Under the pieces are notes generated by a model that was not told the DNA's origin, did no database searches, and saw nothing but the letters and a program-made list of their open reading frames with translations. DNA of 64,000 nt. Origin: Octopus vulgaris (taxonomy: Eukaryota). A program made the translations under genes and the position numbers. The DNA is taken from contig OX597821.1 of the NCBI GenBank assembly GCA_951406725.2, forward strand, positions 3,286,001 to 3,350,000, read 5' to 3'. Below are positions 12,583 to 26,900 of this stretch, in pieces. The stretch's first letter is position 1. Every line of letters begins with the position of its first letter.

Positions 12583-14769
12583 GGAATGGTATAAGCGTGT
12601 GTTTTATTTGACACCCAGCGAGGTCTTCTTAACAGTTACTGAAATCTGAAAAACCGAGCGCTGTATTTTACACAGAAAACAGTAGATAAGCGTTGCAATT
12701 GTTTCTCTCTACTTTCTGAAAGAAGTCGCTAACATATCTTGGGATCAACTTCTCATGCACTCTGCTTGAGTCTTCCATATAGAAATTTCAACCTGAAACT
12801 GCTACATTCACTTATGTAAAATTTGTGCTTATACAGTACATGTTATTAAATGCCATATAAACATAAGAATGCGTCTAATTCAGAAGTGCAGGCAATGCAC
12901 ACAATTGGTTTCTGTGTTACAATTGAGACATCCAACACCGGTGATTCAACAACTTTATTGCGGCGAAATTCCACTTACTTAGGTAACCCCTTAACTAAGT
13001 AATACGTAAAGAAGTTAATGGAAATACACAATCAGTACGGTCGAAGACGTACTTTTTAGTATTACGGTAATATACTCTACATCACGTGTAAGACACATGC
13101 TATATTACTTTAAAGACTAGACAAGTTTCTTCTGTTATATTAGAAAGACAATAATGAATAATTGTTAGTCCTAGATTTGAATACCTCAACCATACAATCA
13201 ATTAGGCGTATTATATGTTCGTAGATATATCGATTCGTTAATAGTACAAACAACTGACAATTTATCAAAAATAAAGCTCTGGACGTGAGCCCACCAAAGA
13301 GACGTTTGAATCTGAAACTACTACAGACAGTGATATGAAATTCACGCTAATACACTAAGTATTCCGACGGCAAGATCTTAAGATAGGTCGAATCATATGT
13401 GGAGTAATATATACAGAGGTAATGTAGATAAATATGAAATAGTAGTGTTAAGTAACAGACCTTTCTGTGGCGGTTAAATGCTGCACCTAAATTGTATTAA
13501 TGAAATTACAAAAGATAAACAACGAAGAAAAAGCTTTATATGGAATTGTTTACGAAAAGAATCTGGAGATTTGACAACAGCTCAAATTGGCTAGAAATAG
13601 TACAAGGAAAATTTATCATTATTGCATTGTCTTACTCTATTAAAGTTCGTTACAAACGAAATGATATTGACTGCCAACTTCATCGAGATATAAATATTAA
13701 AAGATTATAAAAAAAATGAATTAAACGGTTTGTATTTAGCATAGGATGGGTAGGACAATAAAGATATACTTAATTTGTTTGTAGAATTACATTTATATTA
13801 TTTTGTTTCATAATACAAAATTGTGCATTTTTGAAATAATACAGTTTATGGGAGTGTCGCGTATATGAATACATATTTTAGCTTTATGTAAATATAATAT
13901 GTAAAAGTGTATACCTTTTAGAGTATTTTTCCCAAAATTCCATCGTAGGTCATCTGAAATCACCCTCCGTGTCACTGTTGCTATCCGTGGTGTAGCTTTT
14001 CAAGCATTGGAGCATCTTGAGATGGCGAGAACACTTTACACTCGATAGGTGAAAAAATACATAATTCTAAGACCCGAAACATGATGCAACACAACTACAC
14101 CGATAAAAGTTCTCAGATCTTACTCATGATCTTTAACTGGGTCCCATATATTTCCTGTCCCATCAGATCCTACATACTACATCTCTATAAATTATCTCCA
14201 ATATTTTTCGTCGACTATTTTCCTACCATATTTACAACTATTTAGGAAATCGAAGACAACTTTAAACGACAATTTTCTACGCAGTCATTCAAGAATATAT
14301 ATTATGAAGTTTTTCTATTTTATTTTGAATTAGTACGTATTGTTACATGCAGGACCTTGCTACTGATATAAGTTTCTACTTATTTAAGTTACTATTACAT
14401 CAACATTGTATACAGGACGTGTATTTCATTGAATAAACTTTGGCTAATATTATAGTTTAAATATAACTGTGTATATGACCAGACAAAATATATCCTCTAG
14501 CCAGTCATATAGGAGGAGATGTAGACTCTGAAGTCCACTTATAATAATGGAAAGTACTTGATGTAAGTACTAAAAATGTAAGCGCTAAAAATAAACTAAA
14601 GCAAAAATTAAAATTTCGGATATTTCCAGCGATGACTGAAAGCCTATGTCTTCTGTAAGACCTTGATCGTTAAAATATATGGATACATATTCGGGAAATT
14701 ATTTGTCTACAGAAACATAATAAGCTTTTGGTTTGTTGGAAATCAGATGCTTTAGAGAAGAATCTTCAC

Positions 14770-15559
14770 TCGATGGAATGGTCCAGAAGTACGGAGCAAG
14801 GGTTGCGCATGGTTTAAGTTGATTTCAAAAATCAACGAGCCACAATCTCCGCTGGTTTTCTTGCTCGTCACCGCTCAACTCATGGACACAAGCAACGATT
14901 TCTTTACCGAATCGTTACTGGCGAAGAAAAATGGTGCCAGCACATCAATATGAAGCAGCGTAAGGAATGGCTTAGACCCAGTAAACAGGGACACCGCGCG
15001 TGAAGGAAGATCTTCATCCTATGTTGTGCTTGTGGTGGGATTGGGAAGAGATTACCGATTACGGATTTCTTGAACGGAACCAAACGGTCAACGCGGAACG
15101 CTATGTTCAACAGGTGGAACGACTCAAAACGGCTATTCAAGAGAAAAAGACCTAATCGTTGGCATGGAGTTCTACTGCTGCACAGCAGGACCCGCCCTCA
15201 TATCGCCAATATGAACGAGGAAGCCATTCAAATACATGGTTGGGAAGTGTTTCCACACCCACCATACTCTCCTGATTTGGTACCAACGGATTTCCACCTT
15301 TTTCGATCTCATTCAAATGCTATGCTTGGAGCGTCGTTCACTGCTGATGCAGAATTGAGAGTTTGGCTGGATGAATTTTTCGAGTCGAAATCGGGTGATT
15401 TCTACCAACGAGATATATAAAATCTTGTTGAACGATGGGAAAAAGTTGTAAACACCAAGTGTGAATACATTATGGATTAATTAGTCGTTATGTTTTATTA
15501 AAACTTTCAAAAATTTTGAATTGAAAAAGAACGGCGGGACCTTATTTGCCAACCCAATA
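14770..15559 (+). pseudogene. Mariner transposase pseudogene, 3' half, with right TIR
   Basis: FLYRIVTGEEKW, WEVFPHPPYSPDLVPTDFHLFRS and LVERWEKVVNTKCEYIMD* motifs, with frameshifts and stops. Ends ...TTTGCCAACCCAATA like the TIR at 2849. Confidence 0.85.
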
Positions 15560-17979
15560 TATTAATACCGTAACTTTGGATCATATTATTTCAGGATTTT
15601 GCACGGCAGCAAGTATGTCAAGATTCTGATATTGGTAAAATACCTTATATTTAGGGAGAGAGATATATTAGGCAGTCGTCAACCTCTAGGGAGCGTGGAC
15701 CTGCACTCGAAGAAATTTTGTCCGTTGCTGATGGTGGTGCAGCGTCTAGTGTGTCTTTAGAGGCCCACACGTGAGTGACAGTCACGCAAACAGCGACTGG
15801 GTTTGAAGGAGCTCCCTACCGACACTTCTGGATTTTCTTTTCGTTGTGTGCGCTTTTGTTTGATAGCAAAGAGTATTCGACCGTAATTGTGGCTCATATC
15901 ATTTCAAGATTTAGAACAGAGACAAATATGTAACATTTTCTATATTGGCAAAATAGCATATATTTAGGGAGATAGATATAAGCAACATAATATTTTTCAA
16001 AAAACTTATTTCCTTGGCGGAATAGGTAGTAATGTTTTTGAGGTATTAGTGTCGTTCCCACATAATACTCAACTAGTGTTTTAACAAGGGATAGTATTTT
16101 CCCAAAGATCTAATTATTGACAGTAAATTACATCTACTTGAATGTATTTATTAATACTTACTTTTCTAATTTATTTTCGGCAACATAATAAATACTGTGG
16201 CAGGAGAGGCTGGGGCATTAGAATGCAGTAAACTTTTTATCAAATTGTTGGTGTGCTAACCTCTGTATACTGTATTAATGTATTTTAATGCTTGCTATTT
16301 CAGATAAAACTTTTCCTAGAATGGACCAATAAGTCAAAATATTCAGTTTTGATCGAAACTAAAGTACCATGGAACTGCAGAATAAAATTATTATCACAGA
16401 AATTTAGGGACGCTTATTTTAACCTATATGAATATATTGCGTTGAGAAAATTTGAATAGAGCAATTTTTGCTTAATGAAGATGTTAAGGAAAATTTTAGT
16501 AGTCACGAACATAACGCCTGTCCATGCAAGATAAACAGAATGTTTATGAATGAAGGTGAAATATTTCGGTGGATAGCGTGATCAGAATGCTGAATTGGAA
16601 ATTTAAGTAAACACGCAATGTGTGAGAACTGTGAAAAGAATTCGCCAGAGGTAACCGAATGCCATAAAATTTGGATTTTGATCTCTATGACTGAAGAACA
16701 ATTTCCTGATGCTTTCATTACTAACCTTTGTATTTGCCTAGAAGCATATCCAAATGAATTCCCCAATTTCGAATTGATTCAATACACCTTACACCCCTTG
16801 CAAACTACGTATTTCGGATGAGAGATAAATGTATATTTATGCTGTCAAAAGAAATTTACTACGACAATACAGGAAGATACAGCTCCATATTCGAATATCT
16901 AACATATTTCCTTCACAATAAGAAGCCTTTAACTTCATATCAGACATATATGTTTTGTGTGTAGGTATGAGTATGTGTCTGAGTGAGTGTGCGCATGTAG
17001 GTGCGTGAGAGATAGGGAGAGTGCGTGTCTGGGCGAAATACTTCAATGCAAAAAAAGGGGGGAAATGGAGACACAAACTATCTCGTAAAAGCAATCAATT
17101 TGTGCTCATATTTTATATTTACTATTGTGCAAATGTGGGCGAGGTCTCTTTAATTGAAAAATTGCTAATATCAACCTAAGATGATTTGTCGGGAGCACAA
17201 CACTCAACAAATCTCAGCAGGTGTTAGACTTTATCAATTGACATACTAATAGATACTGCTAAGATTAAACTATTTTCAATAAATACATTGTACATGCACA
17301 GAAATATGAGAAATATGTAGAATGGTAAAACCTTTAAGAACCATATATATGTGTGGGTGTATATAGATATGCATATGTTTATTGAGATGCCTGTGTGGGT
17401 GTTTGCATGAGCAAAATATTATATATATATACTTTTGCAGAGAACGATAGGTTAATAGATTGAGAGGCAAAAGCACAAAAGTTAAACGTGGTGGAAAAAG
17501 CGTAGAAAATTAATATGAAGTAATAACTATCAATCAATATCGATATGTGTATGACTTTGTGTTTACTTGTCTGTGTTCGTGAATTTCTGTAAGAGTGTCT
17601 GTATGTTTGTGGGTTTGTGCTTGTGTGTGTGTGTGTACTTGTGTGCCTGTGTTCAGGTATATATGCTGGTAGTTTTATAGATAGCTATATAGATAGATGG
17701 ATAGGATGGTAGATGAATACATAAATACACAGTGGAATAAATATATTTCATACATCGCCTATTTTTCAACTCTTGTGCTTTAAAGTGTACAATATATCAT
17801 ATCTTTCTAATTTGTTCTACTGATGCAATCATTCTCCATCTACATAAGCACTTACATACTTCCATACCTATATTAGTGTATGCCTATACATATGTATATA
17901 TATACATATATATATACACATATGTATATATATATACATACACACACACACATATATATGCGTATGTGTGTAGGATTGG

Positions 17980-18019
<40 letters not shown>

Positions 18020-19581
18020 GTGCTTGGCTGCATGTGCGTGAGAGAGAGAGTTGTTAACTTTTGTATAAAAGAAAGTTTTCCAAGCGTAATTGCTGAAACT
18101 AATGAATCGGCGAAAAAACGAAATTTGATCAGGAGATTTTGAAAGAATTTAATGAATCCTGAAGTCATTTACTAAGTTCTGCAATTTGAAAATTATTTCA
18201 ATATTAATTTTCAACATACGAAAAGACAAATTGTTGCAATTAATATTACGTAATTAAATGATTATCTTGGGGCGTCAAGTGTAATTATCTTTCTATATAT
18301 ATAATTTCGTTTACCATTCGTTTCTGCACTGACAAAATCACTCTACGAAATATAAAGTTTAGGTGGTACTTGACAGATGAAAATAAAAAAAAGACATTTC
18401 TAGTTACGTACATATCTACAGTAGTTCAAATGAATTTAAAAGTATATACAAGAATTTGTAATTTTGTAAGTTTTTTCTTAATTCATATAATTTGCTGAGG
18501 TCATAAGAATATTAACTGGACAGCGTATAAAGGTGATAGAATCAAGCTGTGAATATAACTAGTTATTATTTCAATAGACATCCACTTTATGGAGTTGTGA
18601 TTAATGGAGATAATTCAATCAGTTTGAATATTAAATTTTGTCGTTCCAGTTGCTGTTGTGGTTGTTGATGTTGCTCCTACAGCTGCTACATGTGCAGCTG
18701 CTGCTTAGCCCGATGTCAACCCTGAGAAATAAGAATTTTATTAAAATCGATAATTTCGTTCTATGTTGCCTTTACTTGTTGTGCAGATATCTACTTTGTT
18801 AATGTCTGCTATTTCACCACAGTATTATTTCATGTGCTTTCGTTTTATTTTTTGGGAGAGTAAGTAGCAACATTACTCTCTAATTTGGCTCGCAAAATAA
18901 ACATAAATGCAATTTTAGACCCGTATACGACTCCCTAGATTTTATATCAATTTCTTCTTTTGAGACATATATTAAAGCGGATCATATTTAACCACTATTC
19001 ATACGAGAGAATATTCTACTTTTTAAATTTGCCTTTCAACACTAAGTCAGTTCTAGGATACCGTCTTGAAGTTATTTTATCTAATAAATAGGCCCCAGTA
19101 GTTAATTTCTAAATACCTGGTGCTTCATTTTCCAATCCCCACATAATCGCTAACATTATGGCAAAGTACATAATAGAACTCCAGTTGTCAAGCGATGTGT
19201 CCAAAAAGATGCTGAAATACAGATACATGCACACCTACATATACCCTCACACACAAAGCTGTAGCGCACATTGGGAGTGGACCCCACAACGAGCTTCTTA
19301 ATTAATACAGCTACATCATATCTTCGCCTATAATCATATTAAACAATTTTATTTTGTACTTCACATATTATTTCCAAGAAGTTTGGCTAATATTACAATT
19401 GCGTAGAGGTTCCTCTTTTGGTAGGTAGTTAATGATATTACTGAGAATGTAGCTGTTTTGTCACTATGAGCTCTAATTGAAAAGTTTTATAGAACGCAGA
19501 TTATCTCCGAATGACACGTTAAACTCATATTCCTGTACCAAATTATACTATATCTGTTCTATTTATCCGTCTATCTATCGA

Positions 19582-19893
19582 GGAGACACATGACCTAGTG
19601 GTTGGAGCAGCGGACTCGCGGTCGAGGGATCGTGGGTTCGAAACTCAGACCAGGCGATGTGTGTGTTTATGAGCGAAACACCTAAGCTCCACGCGGCTCC
19701 AGCAGAAGGTAATGGCGAACTTCGGCTGACTCTTTCGCCACAACTTTCTCTCACTCTTTCCTCCTGCATCTTGCAGCTCAGCTGCGACGGACCGGAGTCC
19801 CGTCCAGGTGGGGAACCAGTACGCCAAGGAAACCGAGAAACCGGCCCTAATGAGACAGGCGTGGCTCGAGAAGGAATAAACAAAAACAAACAA
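19582..19893 (+). mobile_element. tRNA-derived SINE, related head with V-domain-like 3' module
   Basis: Head homologous to 37609. 3' part GCGACGGACCGGAGTCCCGTCCAGG resembles the V-SINE domain (from memory). Confidence 0.7.
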
Positions 19894-20513
19894 CTGTTTA
19901 CTCCAGTAGGTAGTGATGAAACAGCTGGCGCTTGCTAGTCATGTCCTGCACAGTCAACTTTCATATACTCATGTTCGTCTGGGAATTCTATTAATAACAT
20001 ACAGGAAAATAGAACAAAGGGAAATTCGTGAATGCATTACAATTGTTCTTTATCTGCTCTAGTTAGTGCTTGGAAACAGAGTACTGTGCTTGTGGTTATT
20101 GTGTCTGTTGACATTGCAATTATTTATACGTACTTGTTTATAATTGAAATGATCATTTTCTTAAAGGTTATTCGCGTAGTATTCTAAACTGCTGTATATA
20201 TGGTAGAAAAGTGTAGTGTTTATTTCCATATATCCCCAATATGCATTTTCGAAGCGTGTGGACGTGACTTGTATTAGACCTAATTGCTAAGACATTGTTA
20301 CATGATATCAGATAAAGAGATTTCGGTTCTTTTGTCTCTATCAACTAGAAACACTGTTAACAGCAGAGAATGTATTCTTTTACTTCAAGAGCACTAGTTT
20401 AAGACACGATATACCATGGAAATATCTTTAGTAATTATAATATTTCTCCTAGCCTGAAGATGCCCTACAAATGAAGCTTATAGGAAACACATAGATTGTC
20501 AGCCTAACATATA

Positions 20514-21028
20514 CCGTAAACCCTCGAGTATAATCCGCCCTTAAGTATAATACGCAGGGGATTTTTAGGAGGCTGTACTTCAGAAAAACCTAAACCTTGT
20601 GTATAATACGCACCCCTTCTCTAACTTGTGTCGTGCGTAATTACGCCAGCAGCCCCTAATCGAAGAAACACTTCCGCGTATGCGTAATACAATAATGGTG
20701 ATGTTCTTAACTGTTATATAGGAATGAAAATACGTTTGCAAATTGTTTTTGTTACACGTGTGTTCCGAATATTTTTATTTTAATAAATGTTGTTTACTGC
20801 AAGTTATAGATGATTCTTTTATGATTTTTTTGCTTTCAGGTTTAGTTGAAGGTACTTTCGCGCTCGACATCACAAAATGCGTCTGAATAAACATTGCCGG
20901 ACAGCAAATAAAGACTCGCACATTTCTTAGAAAATATTTTTCATTTTTTACCTCGTATTTATTACGCACTAGGGATTTTGATCTTTAAATTTGCGGAAAA
21001 AATGCGGATTATACTCGAGGATTGACGG
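20514..21028. mobile_element. MITE, Tc1/mariner superfamily (Tc2/pogo-like CCGTA ends)
   Basis: 25-bp TIRs CCGTAAACCCTCGAGTATAATCCGC / GCGGATTATACTCGAGGATTGACGG (2 mismatches), TA on both sides, no coding capacity. Confidence 0.85.
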
Positions 21029-22504
21029 TAGTCATAATGAATAGGCCTAATTGTCAACAATAGTGTGCCTTCTTTTTTGTAGATTGTAAGACTTCACACA
21101 AGTACCTGTGTGATATCAATCCTTATATATGTGATGAAAATATGGCCGTATTAGATTTTAGATGCTCTCCACACTATGTACTGTTTATATAGCTATGTTG
21201 CTCCTAGTCTTTTGTAATGGTGAAGGAAAGCGGAATGGATACATGATATCTGCAGTTATTCTATAATTATATTTGACACCGTGCACCGAAGTAATATTAT
21301 TAATGTTTAATAAGATGTTATTGTTGTTTACTCCGAATACGGCCTTAATTGTCTAGACATGTGATGAAAAAACTGTCTTCATTCACTCCAGATAGTGTGC
21401 ATCCATTGCGACATTATCGAATGTTTCAATTCCCTTATGAGACACAGACATATTATTTCTAGGATGTTTGGCAAATATTTCAAGTAAATACAACAATTGC
21501 GTAGAGGCTCCTCTTCTGGTAGGTAGTTAATGAGGTTACTGAGAATGTCGCTCTATTGTCACTATGAGCTTGAATATATTTCACTGTGCGATGCACTATG
21601 TGCAGTTGATACAGTATGTGTTGATAAATCTCATCATTTGCTGGTAATTGCAAGTATATGAGTATAAAACTTTTAAGAAAAAAATTTAGATATGTTTGGG
21701 ACAAAAAGTGATACAAGTAATGTCTAGATTAATAGGAGCAACTGGTGTGTTCAGCTATTGTTAAGTGATTTTAACCACGTTTTTTAATATCGTGGCCCAT
21801 TCAAATAGGAAATGATCCATTGAAGTAGGTAGTATGAATAAGACTTCTATAATAAGGATAGAAGCGATAGAGAAAGTTTATGTGATGTACGTGTGTGCGC
21901 ATCATATAAGTTAAACCAGTGGTTTCCAAAGTGGGCGATACGGTTTCATACCCCTGAAAGCGATGGAAAAATTCATGAGATGTGTTTCAACACATCTCGA
22001 AATGTGTAGCGATAATGGAGTGATGATAGAATAGCGAAAAGGGAGCGATGGATGTAAAGCTAAACTCAATAATGAGCCAATTAAGTTAAATTTTATTTGC
22101 GAATACTATTGCTTTGAATTTGATACAGAAAATAGCCTACGATTGTAGTGGGTGTAGGGACACTATGGGACAATGAATGTGGCCCGGGTGCCCAGGGAGA
22201 AGCAGCGCGAAAAATATTTGAAATCATAGAGCGAAGCGAATCGTTATGAAATTCTGGGCTATGAAGAGGATGCAATAAGTTCATAGTCAGAAGCATATTA
22301 CATGTACTTAATAGAGATGCATAAAGCGTTTAAATATTCCATCCAAGAATTATTACTATCATTACTATAGTTATCCTACATGATATCGCTACAGTTTGAT
22401 GCAACTCCCAAAAACGGGTTCGCCGGTCAGCATCTTTAGACTGTGGCCGGTATAATGGAATAGGAGTTTATTTGTATATTCAAAACGCTTCTCGTATACA
22501 AATG

Positions 22505-22541
<37 letters not shown>

Positions 22542-23630
22542 GGGAAACATACGTGACTTACATCCACAATGAACATTACCATCTCACTATTTTCCTTTTT
22601 TACGTACACAGACACACACATATACATGCAGACATGGAGCCAAAAGGTAAATCTAGACACTGTGCACTTTCTGCTATTAAACACAAGATAAGTGTTTATA
22701 TTACTCATCATAAAAACAAAACACGATAGTAAAATACTTTACGTATAACTTTGCATACAGAGATAAAAAGACAAACGAAAGAAATTTTAATGATCGTATT
22801 AATGTAAGTTCATTAATATATAAGTAAAGGCTAATAGGAGTGTACGATAAAAGAATTACAGATGAAAGAATAGGTACGTTTTCAGTAACGGACCATTTTT
22901 TTCTTTTAAACATAGCAATGAGAAAAAATGATAACGATGATATCAAACACTAATTGGGTTGGCATAATATCAATATCATGAAAATCAACTAATTGAAGTA
23001 GAGCACACTGGAAGAATTTGAGAAATACAGTGTTCGATTCTATTTTAAGGCTTGATGGCCAATTTCACATCACAAAATAGGGACAACGGTTACTTGTCTG
23101 AGAAAAAAGGGATCCGCGAGGTGGAATCACTGTTGCAGCGAGTGTTGCTGTTCATCCTCCGCGGCAACGTCATCGGGATATTCAATGCGGGGAGCGGTTG
23201 AGTACACTATTTCTTTTGTGTTTTATGTCCTATCTCTCTTCCCTGTCTCCTTTCCGCTGCTTAAAACCTTTTAGTTATCTTTTTCACTATACTAACCTGT
23301 AAAACCAGCCGCCACATCACGTAACGCCAGTCGACACACATCACTGCAAAGCCAGTAAATGTTACTATTAGTTTAACACCAGGGAGATTCTCCGCCAGCT
23401 AGATATCGGTGCAAATCTGCATCCTTTATGTTTGTACTTAACTTGTATGACAACTGTCGGTTGTCACTCGTGATGTAAATTCATTCTGTGTTCGCTTCTC
23501 TGGATGGTAATATTATCTGGAATGTATATTTGCAATATTTATAACGATAGAGAATCAGGAGACTTGTTCATCAACTAAATTTATTTCCCCTCAATTTAGA
23601 ATTTCTGCTAAGATATATATATATATATAT

Positions 23631-24143
23631 ATATTGTTATATTTCGGAATGGTCATTTTGCCAGTTTAGCCAATAAAAACACACGCACTATATATTTGGT
23701 GTTACTTTGCTTCAGTGTTATTTATTTTTTACATTAATCTTAATCTTACTTCGGCCAGAGTTCTTTCGTCACACTCCTGTGACCGCATCAGTGGTCCTTT
23801 GTTTTCTTCTCACTTATTTGTGTCTCTCCTTACTAACCGTCAGTCATTTTGTATTTCTATTGTATGTCTTCATTTGCGCATGCTTATATCTCTATGTGCG
23901 TTTATGTTTATTTAGTGTGTGTATGTGGGGATGCCTGTAATATTTGTATCTTCTGTTTATATATGTTCATGTAATTTGTATTTTGTATTTTGTTTTTTGT
24001 TTTTGTTATTTTTGTTTATTCTTATTTTGTTCATGTGTTTAGATCCACCCATTATTATCATTACATATGCTTGTATGTATGTATGTATAACAACAATGCT
24101 AGTAATAATAATAATAAATTGAATCGAAAAAAAATATATATAC

Positions 24144-24218
<75 letters not shown>

Positions 24219-24574
24219 CACACATATATATACATATAGTTATTTATTTATTTATTTGTGTATTTATTATGTTTTCAGGATCCTCTATCGTCATATGTCG
24301 TGGTGTGTGTTAGTGCTCCATTCTAGTTTTCTATTCAGGCTAGGTTTATTTTCCATTATGTGTGTAGCTTCTGTAATTTGTCTAATTGTTGCATCTGATC
24401 TATGTGTGGATAATATTTTAATTTATATGTTATTGATTGATCCCCCGAAATAAGATTAAGATTAAGATTAATGTAAAAAATAAATAACACTGAAGCAAAG
24501 TAACACCAAATATATAGTGCGTGTGTTTTTATTGGCTAAACTGGCAAAATGACCATACCGAAATATAACAATAT
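23631..24574 (-). mobile_element. Non-autonomous hammerhead-bearing PLE-like element with 118-bp inverted repeat
   Basis: 23631-23748 is inverted at 24457-24574 (1 mismatch seen). Adjoins (TA)n, has an internal (TA)n tract, and carries an HHR-like fold at 23753-23797. Confidence 0.7.
23753..23797 (-). ncRNA. Minimal hammerhead ribozyme, variant core
   Basis: Minus strand reads GGACCA CTGATGCG GTCACA-GGAG-TGTGAC GAAA G-AA-C TC TGGCC. Confidence 0.6.
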
Positions 24575-24627
24575 CTGTTTCAACACACGACTTCACATAA
24601 AAAATCTTGCACAACAAATATTTAAAC

Positions 24628-24662
<35 letters not shown>

Positions 24663-26479
24663 CATTTATATATACACATACATATATACATACATATACA
24701 CGCACTCACGTATTTATATATATATATATATATATATACGTTATATGCATGTATGTATGTGTCTGAGTGTGTATGCATATTTACATACATACATACATAC
24801 ATATACATACATACGTACATATAGACAGTAATATAAATGATGATGTGGCTAATACACTTTATAAAAGAGGCTACGACAACTCTAATAGTATAAGGGTAAT
24901 TTCTAAGTTTAGCAGAAGTCTTTCATATTTTCTCTGCAGGAATATTAGTTTCTGTTGACGGTAATTGAATAGTTCACAGTTTTATCGAACTCGAATTATT
25001 GTAGTGGGACGCAAAGTCATAGTATTATTGTCTGTAACTAAATGGCGGACTAAATATTTTCCAATGCCTTATAGTAGATGGCAAACTTCAGCTCCCCTCT
25101 TAATATTGAAAATAATGAACAATTATTATGAACGTACAATTTTATGTGAAAACTAATACATTGTAAAGTTAGTTGCATAAGACAAAATTCTGTTCACGTC
25201 TGTAATGAATCTTCAACGAAAATATCTTTCTCATTAGATGTACGTGTGGTTTCAAAAGAAATCGATGATACAAATCATTGTTTACTGTCCCCAATCGATC
25301 TATGAAACAGTTTATATTTTCGGATGCAATCTAAGTCAAATATAAGGAATTTTGCTTCTGCTTATATACATATATATGCTTACGTATGTGTCTGCGTGTA
25401 CCTGTGTAAGGCTATATATATATATATATGAAAATTTAATTAGAGTTTCACCTCAGGCTGGGTTAGTCAAGACTTAATAGCCCAGCCAAGATTGACATAT
25501 TTGATGGTCAAATTTTCATATAATATACATTTATATAAAAGTTTACTCGGAATTGGAAGTATATATCAGATACGTCTTGCATTTTGTAACAAAAATGTAA
25601 TATAACAATGTACTTATATTATGACACACACGCACACATAGCCACAGATACAGGCACTTTTATGATATATATGTTCCTGTGTGTGTGTGTCGATGTATGT
25701 GTAGATGTTTCTGTGCGATTATATGTGTGCACTTATTTGTATATATAAAAGTGATAGATTTGTAGGTTTTGTTTCATTTACTACACTACTTGGTGGTTTG
25801 AACTATTAAATATGTTTTTGCTTATCTTTACAAGGAAAATCATAAATATACCTGAACTCATTCACCAGCCATTTTCTAGAAAAGTATTCTGTGCCAAGTA
25901 AGACCTGGAACCAAAACAATAACTATATACATATATGTGATAAATAAATATATATGATATACGTTACCTATTACAAGTTGGCGATGATAATAATTAGGTG
26001 GAGAAAGAGAAAAAGTCAAATAATAATGATTTCTCCTTCGTTGTCCGCAAAATTACTAACAATGAGAACATATATGACTCTATTGTCTTACTCTACACTG
26101 TTTTATTTATTCATACTGTTTCAGCCAGCATAACATTTATTGCTTTATTTTGTACGTTGAATATATCAAAAATACATCGAAGCCGTTGTAATACTATCCT
26201 GAATTCTTTTGGATCCAAAACCTGTTCAGCAAGGCATTAGTATAAAAACGAAACTATGCCACGGTCTTATATTTAATGATATTCTCAGGTTATTTACGAC
26301 ATAGGTTCCATTACCGAGACTTGTAGCGTTTTTCTTTTGTCTTTGCACTTGTCTTTATACTTGTTTTGCAAGTATAATAAAGCAACATTTGCTGTTACTT
26401 CATTCCGCAGATTAAAAATTTTATACCAACAAACTTTGGAGGTAAAACGTTTTACCTCCAAAGGGCAATCACAACCGTC

Positions 26480-26900
26480 AGTTGGGTGTCTTGAATGAAC
26501 CATTATCATTGATGTCTACCCTTGTAATAAAATATGTGTGATGATTCGCCATGTTTCAGCATCTACCTTCCTCAGATATCTAAAGGAAATTTGCGAATTA
26601 TGAAAATCTTTACAATTTCAGCTAGACTACACCGCGGCATTTTGAAAATTTTGTGTTCATATACTGCCGGATGATACCATGGGATTCCGTTCTTTTTCGA
26701 GCGAAAACATGTATCAACCGTGGGTGATGAGGATGCGGAAGCCCTCGATCTCTACTTCATCTTTTTGAGATTTGAGATTAAAATCTACCATGATTTATAT
26801 ATGTTGTGGATTCACTCTAACGCTTGGTCCAGCACGAGTCTCTGATATTTCACCGTCACATCTTGCAGAGTCGTCAGTGCGGCAATTCGTCGGAGATTCT
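26480..26900 (-). pseudogene. Possible decayed non-LTR (RTE-like) APE endonuclease relic
   Basis: Minus-strand peptides IMVDFNLK (GDFNA-like) followed by PWYHP (TW.HP-like) in the expected order. Many stops. Confidence 0.3.

Noticed and set aside
13930-14320. Possible very old mariner relic
   Set aside because: Only a vague resemblance to the HPPYSPD region and no TIRs found.
21917-21940. CAGTGGTTTCCAAAGTGGG, a hAT/Charlie-like terminus
   Set aside because: No matching opposite end or TSD found.
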